NCBI GenBank assembly: GCA_963664875.1
Contig: OY761611.1
Coordinates: forward strand, 2,656,001 to 2,720,000
Origin: Candidatus Kapaibacterium sp.
GTDB taxonomy: Bacteria; Bacteroidota; Ignavibacteria; Kapaibacteriales; UBA2268
DNA: 64,000 bases
Reading direction: 5' to 3'
This document shows, piece by piece, positions 1 through 9,284 of the stretch. The notes under the pieces were generated by a model, which worked only from the letters and a program-made list of their open reading frames with translations, was not told the DNA's origin and searched no databases. Numbering within the stretch: the first letter of the stretch is position 1; each line of letters begins with the position of its first letter. Both the position numbers and the translations under genes were made by a program.

Positions 1-58
1 CATTTTGCCTGCTAAAGACAAGTCAATTTAATTACTCAGAAACTTAAAGAAATACAAG

Positions 59-928
59 ATGAATACAAAAGGTATTGTACTTGCCGGCGGAAGCGGCACA
101 AGACTATATCCTATGACTGCTGTATTTAGTAAGCAGCTACAGGTAGTGTACGACAAACCAATGATTTATTATCCGATTGCTACACTGATGCAGGCTGGCA
201 TTCAAGATATAATGATAATTTCGACTCCTAACGATACTCCAAATTTCAAAAAACTACTTGGGAATGGAGCTAATTGGGGACTAAATCTGAGTTATCAGAT
301 ACAAGAAAGACCAGGTGGCATTGCAGAAGCATTTATTTATGCAAGAGATTTTATTGGTAGCGATCAAGTCTGCCTTATCTTGGGTGATAATTTGTTTTAC
401 GGACCTATGGGATTTTTTAGAAATGCCGTTAAGTCAAATTCCGGTGCTACAGTGTTCGGTTATAGAGTAAACAATCCTTCTGCTTATGGTGTTGTCGAAT
501 TTGACTCAGAGGGCAAAGTGAAGAGCATAGAAGAAAAGCCTGAAATACCTAAATCTAAATATGCGATACCCGGACTTTATGTATTTGCAAATGATGTCAA
601 AAACAAAGCTTTAGAGCTTAAACCAAGTAAACGGGGGGAACTTGAAATTACTGATTTGCAGAAACTCTATATGGAAGAAGGCAAGCTTAATGTCGAAATC
701 ATGGAACGTGGCATTGCTTGGTTAGATACTGGCACTCCCGAATCTCTCATGGAGGCATCTACATTTATCCATGCAATAGAGAAAAGGCAAGGCAGAAAAA
801 TAGCCTGCTTAGAAGAAATTGCTCTCGAGATGGGTTTTATAACTACAGAAGAATATAAACAGAATGTCGATTCATTGCCTGAATGCTCCTATAAAGAATA
901 TTGCAGAGATGTATTGAAATCATTATAA
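59..928 (+). CDS. rfbA: glucose-1-phosphate thymidylyltransferase
   Basis: KGIVLAGGSGTRLYP, SKQL.VVYDKPMIYYP, RGELEITD and WLDTGT motifs; 289 aa. Confidence 0.96.
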   Translation: MNTKGIVLAGGSGTRLYPMTAVFSKQLQVVYDKPMIYYPIATLMQAGIQDIMIISTPNDTPNFKKLLGNGANWGLNLSYQIQERPGGIAEAFIYARDFIGSDQVCLILGDNLFYGPMGFFRNAVKSNSGATVFGYRVNNPSAYGVVEFDSEGKVKSIEEKPEIPKSKYAIPGLYVFANDVKNKALELKPSKRGELEITDLQKLYMEEGKLNVEIMERGIAWLDTGTPESLMEASTFIHAIEKRQGRKIACLEEIALEMGFITTEEYKQNVDSLPECSYKEYCRDVLKSL

Positions 929-996
929 CATTTGGCAGAGCAGTTTTTTATCTCTATCTTGCATTGATTGTTTTCATTCTGCCATTAGGAGAATAA

Positions 997-1593
997 ATGG
1001 ATTTTTTAAATACGGACAGTTCGTTTTATATTTGGGTCGTAATACCCGGAATGTTATTTGTTGCCCGAATTTTAGATGTTAGCATAGGCACTATAAGAAT
1101 TATCCTAATCAGCAAAGGCTATAGAGCACTTGCTCCAATTCTCGGTTTCGTCGAAGCGTTTGTATGGGTGGTTGCAGTCAGCCAGGTGATGGCAAATCTA
1201 AACAATTTCTTTTACTATATAGCATACGCCGGTGGATTTGCCACAGGAACTTATGTTGGTATTTGGATTGAACATAAGCTTTCTCTTGGCAAAGTAATCG
1301 TAAGGGTAATCACCAATCGCGATGCTTCAGAACTACTACACCATCTCCGTAGTGAAGAGTTTGCAGTTACAAGTGTTGATGCAGAAGGCAAATACGGTGC
1401 AGTTAAAGTGTTGTTCCTTATTTGCAACAGAAAATTATTGTCCGATGTTGTTGATACAATCAAAGAGTATAATCCTAAAGCATTTTACACAGTGGAAGAT
1501 CTCAGACTGGTCAGCGGAGGAGTAATGCCGACTCAGTCAGTATTTTCCAGAAAAACTAAAAACAACAAAAAAGCATTTAATATCAGGAAGTAG
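997..1593 (+). CDS. DUF2179/DUF5698 (UPF0316-like) membrane protein
   Basis: ARILDVSIGTIR, GFVEAFVW and AYAGGFATGTYVG in three TM segments, then a C-terminal domain ending PKAFYTVED; AGGAG site upstream. Confidence 0.85.
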   Translation: MDFLNTDSSFYIWVVIPGMLFVARILDVSIGTIRIILISKGYRALAPILGFVEAFVWVVAVSQVMANLNNFFYYIAYAGGFATGTYVGIWIEHKLSLGKVIVRVITNRDASELLHHLRSEEFAVTSVDAEGKYGAVKVLFLICNRKLLSDVVDTIKEYNPKAFYTVEDLRLVSGGVMPTQSVFSRKTKNNKKAFNIRK

Positions 1594-1746
1594 TTTTGAA
1601 GAGGGAGACTATGTGAGTTTACTGCTCATTGGAACAAGGGAAAAATAACTAATATTAATTCTCAAAATGTGGAAAATCTTTTTGTAGAATCGGAATAACT
1701 CCTTATATTTGTTTTCTCTATAAAATAGTATTTTGGAGTTAAGGCA

Positions 1747-1926
1747 ATGGCTAAGAAAGAACAGAGAATCCAAATCACTTTGGAATGCACAGAAGCCAAA
1801 CAGCACGGTGTACCGGCATCAAGATATTCTACTATGAAAAACAAGCAAAATACACCGGAACGTATTGAATTGAAAAAATACAACCCGTTTTTGCGTAAAC
1901 ACACAGTTCACAAAGAAATCAAGTAG
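1747..1926 (+). CDS. rpmG: 50S ribosomal protein L33 (59 aa, absent from the ORF track)
   Basis: Manual translation [59 protein letters not shown]; non-zinc-ribbon Bacteroidota-type L33. Confidence 0.97.
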   Translation: MAKKEQRIQITLECTEAKQHGVPASRYSTMKNKQNTPERIELKKYNPFLRKHTVHKEIK

Positions 1927-1955
1927 TATCAGGCTTCTTCTCTTTGAAAGATTTA

Positions 1956-1991
1956 AAAAGGCAGGCAAATTGAAAAATGTGTCTGCCTTTT
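1956..1991 (+). terminator. probable intrinsic terminator after rpmG
   Basis: aaaaggcaggca ... tgtctgcctttt inverted repeat. Confidence 0.6.
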
Positions 1992-2075
1992 ATCATTTGG
2001 GACGTTAGTATTCGAATTGTTTTTGTTGGTTCAAAATTGTGGATAATCCGATAAAAGTCTAAACTTTCAGGGCAT

Positions 2076-2109
2076 ATAATCCCCAAAAGTATTGACTTTT
2101 GGGGATTAT
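2076..2109 (-). terminator. intrinsic terminator hairpin downstream of nadB
   Basis: Perfect 15-bp stem ataatccccaaaagt / acttttggggattat with a 4-nt loop. Confidence 0.75.
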
Positions 2110-2132
2110 GAACAATATTAAAGAATAGACTT

Positions 2133-3680
2133 CTAAATCTGGTAGTGTGTTCCCATGCTGGTTCTTGCTTCTAATGTCGCATTGGTAACAGCAATAGCCG
2201 TTTGCACTCCGTTTCTGAGTTCAACAGTTTCTTTTGTCATTTTTACACGCTTATAAAACTGCTCCACTTCGGACTGTAAATGACGAAATATAGTATGTGC
2301 CCTTTGCAGGCGAGGTCTTGTGCGGACTAAGCCAACATAGTTCCACATAGTATTTTTTATATTTTGCCAGTCTTGTGCTATCAAAGCAGGATCGACAGAC
2401 TCGTACTCATCTTCCCAATCATAAATAGCCGGGAAGTAATCATCTTTTCTGCTTCTCTCTGCAGCATCTTTGCCCGCAATATGTCCCCATACTACTGCTT
2501 CGAGTAAAGAAGTTGATGCTAATCGGTTAGCTCCGTGAACTCCGGTGCATGCGACTTCGCCAACGGCATAAAGTCTTTGTAGAGAGCTTCTTCCTTTTAG
2601 TGATACTCCCACTCCGCCACATGAATAGTGCGCTGCCGGAACTACCGGTATAGGTTCGCTTGTCATGTCAATGCCATAAGACATACAATGTTCGTTGATA
2701 GTAGGGAACCTATCTCTAAGCCATTCGCCGGGTTTGTGAGTAATATCTAAATAAACACAAGGGTGGCTTGTTTCAAGCATTGTAGTGTGAATAGCACGAG
2801 CCACTATATCGCGGGGAGCTAAAGAGCCAAGTTCGTGGAAATTTTTCATAAACTCATTACCCCGGTCATCTATTAGTACGCCACCTTCGCCTCTAACCGC
2901 TTCGGAGATAAGAAAACGCTCTCCGGCAGTATAAAGTGTGGTCGGATGGAACTGGATAAACTGCAAATTGAAGCATCTCGCACCTGCTCTCCATGCAAGG
3001 GCTATACCGTCGCCGGTTGACTCCTTAGGATTAGTTGTGTGTAGATATATTTGACCTACACCTCCAGTAGCAAGTATTGTTCTTGATGCAAAAATAGGGA
3101 ATACTGTTTCTGACTCATTATCCAAAATATACGCACCGAAGCAAGCAGGCTTTTCGTAAATATCCAAAGAATTTTTTGAATGGTGAGAAAGAGTAAGCAA
3201 ATCAACAGCCGTGTGGTTAGTGATTACTTCTATATTCGGATGATTTTTAACAGCTTCTACTATTCCGACATGGATAGACTTTCCGGTCTTATCTTTCGAA
3301 TGTATTATTCTTGGCTCTGAGTGTGCTCCTTCAGCAGTCAAATCCAGACGATTTTCCTTTTCATGTTTGTCAAAATCAATGTGACATCTTTCAATCAATA
3401 TTTTTTTGACAAGTTCCGGCCCTAAATTTACCAGTTGGTCAACAGCTACTTCCCAGCAGTGCCCGTCTCCTGCTATCAAAATATCTTTTTTAAGCTTTTC
3501 GGGAGAATCATCTAAGCCCTTGTATATTATACCACCCTGAGCATAAGGAGTATTGCCGCTTATCAACTCGTCAGTTTTGGTAACTATTGTAACCTGCCTA
3601 CCCTCGTCTGCAGCTGCAAGAGCAGCAGTTGCTCCTGCGAGACCGGAGCCGAGTATGAGGATATCTGTATATTTAGCCAT
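2133..3680 (-). CDS. nadB: L-aspartate oxidase
   Basis: GSGLAG FAD motif, AQGGI, QFHPT, LISEAVRGEG, LAPRDIVAR, HGANRLASTSLLE; clustered with nadA and nadC. Confidence 0.95.
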   Translation of the reverse strand: MAKYTDILILGSGLAGATAALAAADEGRQVTIVTKTDELISGNTPYAQGGIIYKGLDDSPEKLKKDILIAGDGHCWEVAVDQLVNLGPELVKKILIERCHIDFDKHEKENRLDLTAEGAHSEPRIIHSKDKTGKSIHVGIVEAVKNHPNIEVITNHTAVDLLTLSHHSKNSLDIYEKPACFGAYILDNESETVFPIFASRTILATGGVGQIYLHTTNPKESTGDGIALAWRAGARCFNLQFIQFHPTTLYTAGERFLISEAVRGEGGVLIDDRGNEFMKNFHELGSLAPRDIVARAIHTTMLETSHPCVYLDITHKPGEWLRDRFPTINEHCMSYGIDMTSEPIPVVPAAHYSCGGVGVSLKGRSSLQRLYAVGEVACTGVHGANRLASTSLLEAVVWGHIAGKDAAERSRKDDYFPAIYDWEDEYESVDPALIAQDWQNIKNTMWNYVGLVRTRPRLQRAHTIFRHLQSEVEQFYKRVKMTKETVELRNGVQTAIAVTNATLEARTSMGTHYQI

Positions 3681-3904
3681 GATATATCACTTTTTTATAT
3701 TTCTTTTTTGTTTTTGGAGAAGATAAAGGAATCTTTAGCAACTCATTAGTGGATAATTTTGTCAATTCTTTTTGAATAATACATGCTGGAATTCATTCAA
3801 ACAAGAAGTGATTTTATATAAGATTATTACTTAGACTAATGCGTTCCAACTACTGCGACCTCCGGTCATCCCTAAGGGGAATTTATAATTATTCTCTAAA
3901 GTTC

Positions 3905-4771
3905 CTACTCAAACTCTACATGAATATCCGCTGCTTTTACTGAGTGAGTAAGAGCACCGATTGATATTGCATTTACTCCGGTAGTTACATACCCCGGAAG
4001 AGTTTCGTAGGTTATACCGCCCGAAGATTCTATAAACAAGTTTTTACCGTTGTCAGTTTCTCTGATAAGTTCTACAGCTCTGACAGTAGTTTCAGGATTC
4101 ATATTGTCCAAAAGAAAAGCGTCTGCTCCTGCTGTATATGCTTCTACTATCTGGTTGAAATTTTCTACTTCAACTTCAACTATTTTATCAGGGAATTTTT
4201 GTTTAGCGGATCTAACAGCATCTCCCACCGAACCGGCTGCTGCAATGTGATTATCTTTAATCAGGATTCCTGCTGATAGATCTAATCTGTGGTTTGTACC
4301 ACCGCCGCATGCAACCGCATATTTTTCGAACAAACGCAAGCCGGGTGTGGTTTTGCGAGTATCCAAGATATGTACGCCATGTGGTTTAGCTATTACTACA
4401 TATTTAGCAGTCTGAGTTGCGATTCCGCATAGTCTTTGAATAAGATTCAGCATAGGGCGTTCTAATGTCAGAATTTCATCTGCCGGGCCTGTTACTTTTG
4501 CAATAATGTCTCCGTTTTTCAGAGCGTCACCGTCTTTGGCTACCATCTCTACTTTAAACTTTTCGCCATCGAAGAATGTAGGAATAACTAACTCACCTGC
4601 AAAAACTAACTCCTGCTGTGCTTCTATGATAGCAGTAACAGTTTGAGATTCTTTCACAGTGCCGATTGTAGTGATATCGCCTGCCGGCATATCTTCTTCC
4701 AAAAACTCTTTAATCTTGCGTTGAATATATTCTTTTGGCAATGATTTTTGTTGTTCGTATAATACCATCAC
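3905..4771 (-). CDS. nadC: nicotinate-nucleotide diphosphorylase (quinolinate phosphoribosyltransferase)
   Basis: DTRKTTPGLR, NHRLDL, IKDNH, EVEV, LLDN, ESSGGI; 4-nt overlap with the nadA stop. Confidence 0.96.
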   Translation of the reverse strand: MMVLYEQQKSLPKEYIQRKIKEFLEEDMPAGDITTIGTVKESQTVTAIIEAQQELVFAGELVIPTFFDGEKFKVEMVAKDGDALKNGDIIAKVTGPADEILTLERPMLNLIQRLCGIATQTAKYVVIAKPHGVHILDTRKTTPGLRLFEKYAVACGGGTNHRLDLSAGILIKDNHIAAAGSVGDAVRSAKQKFPDKIVEVEVENFNQIVEAYTAGADAFLLDNMNPETTVRAVELIRETDNGKNLFIESSGGITYETLPGYVTTGVNAISIGALTHSVKAADIHVEFE

Positions 4772-5691
4772 TTGCTAAGCTCCAACATTTTTTCCAAAGG
4801 TTTTAGTGCTTTTAATCTTACTTCTTCATCCATAAGTAGTTCAGGTTGCATATTTTCCAAAGCTGCTATCATTTTATCTATAGTATTTAATCTCATGTGA
4901 GGGCATTCGTTACATGCACAGCCTTTGAGGCTTGGTACAGGTATAAATTCTTTACCCGGCACACGTTTTTTCATCTCGTGGATAATGCCTGATTCAGTCA
5001 GAATTATAAACTCTTTTGCGTCGCTTTCGCCTGCTCTTGTGATAATTTTTGCAGTGGAGCCGATGAAGTCTGCATAAGCCAGAATATGCTCAGGGCATTC
5101 CGGGTGCGCAAGAACTTCTGCGTCAGGGTACTTTGCCATTAAGTTAATCACTTCTTTTTCGGAAAATTCCTGATGTACTTCGCAGCTACCGTCCCACATT
5201 ACCATATCTCTGCCGGTTTGTTTACTTACAAACGCGCCAAGATATTTATCAGGAGCGAAGCATATTTTTTGATCTGCCGGAAGAGCTTTGATAATGTCAA
5301 CTGCATTCGAAGAAGTGCAGATAACATCCGACATAGCCTTCACGTCAGCAGTACAATTTATATAAGAAACCACGATATGGTCATCATGCTCTTTTACCCA
5401 TTTTTCAAAAGCTTCTTTCGGAGCCGAATCAGCAAGAGAGCAGCCTGCTTCCATATCGGGAACAAGTACGGTCTTAGTTGGATTTAAAATTTTGGCAGTT
5501 TCAGCCATAAAGTGAACACCGCAGAAAAGAATAACATCTGCTTCCACATTTTGTGCAGCTCTTGCCAAAGCCAGAGAGTCTCCCATAAAATCCGCAACAT
5601 CCTGGATAGTGGGATCCTGATAGAAATGCGCAAGAATGACAGCATTTCTTTCTTTCTTGAGTTGAGCCAGTCTTTCGAGTTTAGCTTGCAT
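4768..5691 (-). CDS. nadA: quinolinate synthase
   Basis: ILAHFYQ, GDSLALA, FCGVHFMAETAK, AGCSLAD, AHPEC, CPHM. Confidence 0.96.
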   Translation of the reverse strand: MQAKLERLAQLKKERNAVILAHFYQDPTIQDVADFMGDSLALARAAQNVEADVILFCGVHFMAETAKILNPTKTVLVPDMEAGCSLADSAPKEAFEKWVKEHDDHIVVSYINCTADVKAMSDVICTSSNAVDIIKALPADQKICFAPDKYLGAFVSKQTGRDMVMWDGSCEVHQEFSEKEVINLMAKYPDAEVLAHPECPEHILAYADFIGSTAKIITRAGESDAKEFIILTESGIIHEMKKRVPGKEFIPVPSLKGCACNECPHMRLNTIDKMIAALENMQPELLMDEEVRLKALKPLEKMLELSK

Positions 5692-5957
5692 GGCACCAAT
5701 AGATTTATATTAAACAGGATTTGTATTATGCTATTATACGAAAAAAAGTGAGGAAGGCTCACTTTTACCTGCAAAATTAATGATTTATCCAATACAAGTG
5801 TTAGAAAAGTTTTGTGTTGGGTGTGGATGTTATGTATGTAGTGTTGTATTTTGTGAAAGCTATTATGAGTACCTCTGTTTGTGCTTAAAAGACAACTACT
5901 TATCTACTCACCTCGCTCCGCTCGAATATGAAAACGGGTTTGGTGGGTTTGCCTTTC

Positions 5958-6087
5958 CCCCGGGCTATTTGCTTTGAGCCTTTCAGGCTCGCACCAAAAA
6001 AATCGTAATTCGTAATTGACTACCTCGCCACCATCACTTTCATCGACTTAAAAACACTGTTGCCTCTGATATTGCAGATATACTTAC
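5958..6087. repeat. direct repeat copy 1: REP-like palindrome plus the last 68 nt of the WD40/T9SS gene
   Basis: 5958-5999 matches 7459-7500 at 39/42; 6020-6087 matches 7512-7579 at 59/68 (manual alignment). Confidence 0.92.
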
Positions 6088-7342
6088 CTGCACTTACATT
6101 GGAACAATCCCATGAAAAAGTATGTTCTCCTGCTTCTAATAAGCCATGATGTAATGTTTGTATTACTCTGCCTGAGTTGTCATAGATGAAAACACTGATG
6201 TCTTCTGCATTAGCTATTGTGAAAGTTATCTCTGCTGTGTTTGTACTTGGATTAGGATATATTTTATCTTCTTTTATTTCCTCTTTCTCTTTTACTTTAG
6301 TTTTATTCCATGGAGGGAGGAACACTCCTATTGTATCTTTTGTTGGAACACTATACCCTCTACTACGAAAGGCAGGCATCTTTATACCTGAAGTGTCTGC
6401 ATCTCGTAAATAAAGGAAAGGAACATATGGGAGTATTTTATTATCTTTGATTTTCCCATTTTTTTGCGGTAGAATATAGAAATGTCGGTAATTGGAAGCA
6501 TAAGTTTGTCCATCTACAATTAACTCATTGCTAATTGGAGATAGATAGTAATTTGAGCATTGTAGGGTATCTCTATCGACAAAAAATGAAACATCTTGTA
6601 ATTCAGGATATGTATAAATAGCTGTTGGAATCTCACCATAATAATATGCTCCTGTAAAAAGCAGCATATACTTACCGTTTCTGCTAAATTCCACATCTGA
6701 AGTTGCATTTTCGTGTGCGTGTTGCGGCATATATTCTTCAATTTTAAGTGTATTTGCATCAAGCCAATAGATGCCGTGTGATTCACTACTCTCATTTCTC
6801 CAACCATACAGGATGTACTTGTCATCAGGAGAGTATGTGATTCCACCTTTGACATACTTGTTTAGTTGTTTTGAAGCTATTAGTTCCTGTGTTTCGATGT
6901 CGTAAATAGATACGATGTCGTGGTGGTCTAAAAATGCAATTCGCTTGCAGTCATTAGAAATTGATACGTCATCTACTTTTGTTTGAAAACTAAATCTTTT
7001 ATAGATTTTTCCTGTTTCTGTTTCCCAAATAGCAAAATCACTTTCTTTCATTTCACTTTTTGTATAAATAAACTTACTATTGCTCGAAAAACGAATCTTG
7101 GTAGAACCTAAGTAATTATCTAATTCACAATCAAGTAAAAAATCTCCTGTGTTAGCATCCCAAACTTGCAACTTATCAGTAAGCGATAGAAAATATTTAC
7201 CATCAGGAGAGATAGCAACATCAACTACCTGTGTTTGCCCATCTAAAGCCTTCCACCACAAGACATTTTCAAATTCCTGAGCCTGCAAGTAGTTTGGTAG
7301 AAGAAAAATTACAAAAAAAAGCATTGATATGAGCTTTTGCAT
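6020..7342 (-). CDS. secreted WD40/beta-propeller protein with T9SS type A sorting domain
   Basis: Signal peptide ending AQ; repeats such as VAISPDGKY, FSSNSKF, YSPDDKY, FSRNGKY; CTD IYPNPST...GKYICNIRGNSVFKSMKVMV. Confidence 0.85.
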   Translation of the reverse strand: MQKLISMLFFVIFLLPNYLQAQEFENVLWWKALDGQTQVVDVAISPDGKYFLSLTDKLQVWDANTGDFLLDCELDNYLGSTKIRFSSNSKFIYTKSEMKESDFAIWETETGKIYKRFSFQTKVDDVSISNDCKRIAFLDHHDIVSIYDIETQELIASKQLNKYVKGGITYSPDDKYILYGWRNESSESHGIYWLDANTLKIEEYMPQHAHENATSDVEFSRNGKYMLLFTGAYYYGEIPTAIYTYPELQDVSFFVDRDTLQCSNYYLSPISNELIVDGQTYASNYRHFYILPQKNGKIKDNKILPYVPFLYLRDADTSGIKMPAFRSRGYSVPTKDTIGVFLPPWNKTKVKEKEEIKEDKIYPNPSTNTAEITFTIANAEDISVFIYDNSGRVIQTLHHGLLEAGEHTFSWDCSNVSAGKYICNIRGNSVFKSMKVMVAR

Positions 7343-7377
7343 TTTGGTGTATCCTTGTGTTTGTGTTTTTTCTTGTC

Positions 7378-7500
7378 GCCCTTACAGGGCTCTATATTCT
7401 TATGACTTCTCTTTTTCCCGCACTTCGACTCGCTGCGCTCGCTCAGTGACCTTAGCTGCCCCGGGCTAATATCTTTGAGCCTTTCAGGCTCGCACCAAAA
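7378..7500. repeat. composite REP-like extragenic palindromic element
   Basis: gcccttacagggc, cacttcgactcgctgcgctcgctcagtgac, ccccgggc and gagcctttcaggctc short GC-rich palindromes in an AT-rich spacer. Confidence 0.7.
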
Positions 7501-7511
7501 TTCGTACTTGC

Positions 7512-7589
7512 TTACTTTACCACCATTACTTTCATCGATCTAAAAACACTGTTGCCTCTGATATTGCAGACATATTTACTCATACCCAT
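7512..7589 (-). pseudogene. orphan 3' stub of a paralogous T9SS sorting domain (direct repeat copy 2)
   Basis: Reads MGMSKYVCNIRGNSVFRSMKVMVVK* versus KYICNIRGNSVFKSMKVMVAR* at the end of 6020..7342. Confidence 0.8.
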
Positions 7590-7596
7590 ACCGTCT

Positions 7597-8622
7597 CTAT
7601 TCTTCAGCTTCATTTACAAGCGAGGCGATTTTGTCCAAATCACGTTTGCTTAGTTTATAGGTATTAGGCAGACAGTAATGATTATCGCAATGATTATAAG
7701 GGTCTGTAGTATCTTCTGTTTTCCAGCCGTTTTTAAGCGTAAAGCCGAGTATCCCTTTAGTGGTAAGATGTTTATGCAATTTATCAGGATTAGCACTGCG
7801 AATCGGGAAGCCTATAGTAGCCTGCGAGCAGTATGCTGAATTATCTGTAAGAAGAAGTCGGGTGGAAAGTTTGGATATCAGATAATTATTATTTGCGATT
7901 ACTGCATTGTTGATTGCTTTCAAATCAAGGGATTGCAAGTGCTCAAGAGCATTTTTACTGATACATATTTCTGAGCTTGCAAAATCCGGAGGCAAATTGG
8001 CAATATCTATTTGCTTGGCTTTTAATTTCAGCATTATTTTCAAAGCCGTTAGATTGCTGTGTTTAGCTATCAAGGAGTTATAAACTTTGCTCCTTTCAGC
8101 AAATCGGTGCTCTATTTCAGATGGAGTCTCAGGATAGGCGAGAGCGTGTTTTGGACTGTCCGAAAAAATCATTCCTCCTACGGGGCAATCTGTCAGTTTG
8201 TATAAAGAATAGAGTTCTGCATCAAAACGAGAATAATATGGCTTCAAGGGTAGCGATAAAGCTCTGTCGTCTAAGACTGCAGCGAAATTGATTCGGTTAG
8301 CTTCTAAAAATGTAACATTATCAGCTATATAGAGACCAAAAGGATGAATATAGTGAAAAAGGTGTTGCTTGTAATTTCCGAGCTTCTCTCTCAGTTGTAT
8401 ATTGTAATTTTCGTCAAAATCATAATAGTCTATTTTTATTCCATGCAATTTGTATGGCTGCCAAGCACCAAATGCACAAAAAGAAGGGAGCAACACACTT
8501 TTATATTCTTTAGATTTTAAATATTGATAAAGTGCCTGCCTTGCAGTAACAAAAATATTTGAATTGTAGGCATTGTCTGCCTTTGAAAACTCGGGAATAT
8601 TATCTGGGAAGTGCGTAATCAT
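7597..8622 (-). CDS. divergent DegT/DnrJ/EryC1/StrS-like PLP-fold protein
   Basis: TARQAL, VLLPSFC, YIHPFG, LDDRA and YSLYKL...GG resemble fold-type I sugar aminotransferases; ATG at 8622 chosen over the ORF-track start 8673. Confidence 0.5.
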   Translation of the reverse strand: MITHFPDNIPEFSKADNAYNSNIFVTARQALYQYLKSKEYKSVLLPSFCAFGAWQPYKLHGIKIDYYDFDENYNIQLREKLGNYKQHLFHYIHPFGLYIADNVTFLEANRINFAAVLDDRALSLPLKPYYSRFDAELYSLYKLTDCPVGGMIFSDSPKHALAYPETPSEIEHRFAERSKVYNSLIAKHSNLTALKIMLKLKAKQIDIANLPPDFASSEICISKNALEHLQSLDLKAINNAVIANNNYLISKLSTRLLLTDNSAYCSQATIGFPIRSANPDKLHKHLTTKGILGFTLKNGWKTEDTTDPYNHCDNHYCLPNTYKLSKRDLDKIASLVNEAEE

Positions 8623-8630
8623 ATATAGTC

Positions 8631-9284
8631 TTAAAGAAGTGAAATTACAAGAAAATACAGGAACATCGCCCAATAAAAATAACTTGCCATTTGTGGAATT
8701 TTTTCTTCGAAAATATCAAAGTATTCTCCAAAGGCAGTAAAGACAAATGAAACAATAAACCATGTTAAATAGTTGCTCATAGGTACCGGTAAATTGTACC
8801 AATCCCAGTATTGCATCGCTACCGCAGCAGGTTCCATCACGACATCAAATACTGTCATAAAAACTGCTGTGAGTATGGTGATAATAATCTTGCTCTTGCC
8901 TTTATAAATATCCGAAGATACAGCACGTGACGAGAGCAATGCGACTATCCAGGCAAAGCCAATCGCTAAAGGTACTCCGTCTATAGCCGGCAGAAGTGTG
9001 CCCGGGTACTGATACTGACCAAACACAAAACCTGTATGCACACCAATGAATTCCAAAAGCCAACTTAAAACACCAATGCTAAAGGTAAATATGTAGAATT
9101 CGAAATATGAGTTGTCTTCTTTGCGTTTGAAGTGGAACTCATAAATAATCCAAATACCTAAAGCAATTATAACAGGACCGCTAAGGATATTCATGATGTA
9201 TTGATATTTATCCAGAATTTCCCAAAGTGCTCCCAAAGCAAGGAACCCAAAAAGGGCTGTATTTTTTAATATTATCTTATTCAT
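8631..9284 (-). CDS. cruF: carotenoid biosynthesis membrane protein, CruF/DUF422 family (1,2-hydratase-like)
   Basis: EFIGVHTGFVFGQYQY, GVPLAIGFAW, FDVVMEPAAV, YWDW, VPMSNYLTWF; in the crt operon. Confidence 0.78.
   Translation of the reverse strand: MNKIILKNTALFGFLALGALWEILDKYQYIMNILSGPVIIALGIWIIYEFHFKRKEDNSYFEFYIFTFSIGVLSWLLEFIGVHTGFVFGQYQYPGTLLPAIDGVPLAIGFAWIVALLSSRAVSSDIYKGKSKIIITILTAVFMTVFDVVMEPAAVAMQYWDWYNLPVPMSNYLTWFIVSFVFTAFGEYFDIFEEKIPQMASYFYWAMFLYFLVISLL

Noticed and set aside
1609-1904. Minus-strand ORFs 1609..1806 and 1662..1904
   Set aside because: They overlap the real rpmG on the + strand.
5958-7579. CRISPR array or classical integron
   Set aside because: Only two repeat copies 1.5 kb apart, no cas or intI gene, and no clear attC RYYYAAC/GTTRRRY ends.
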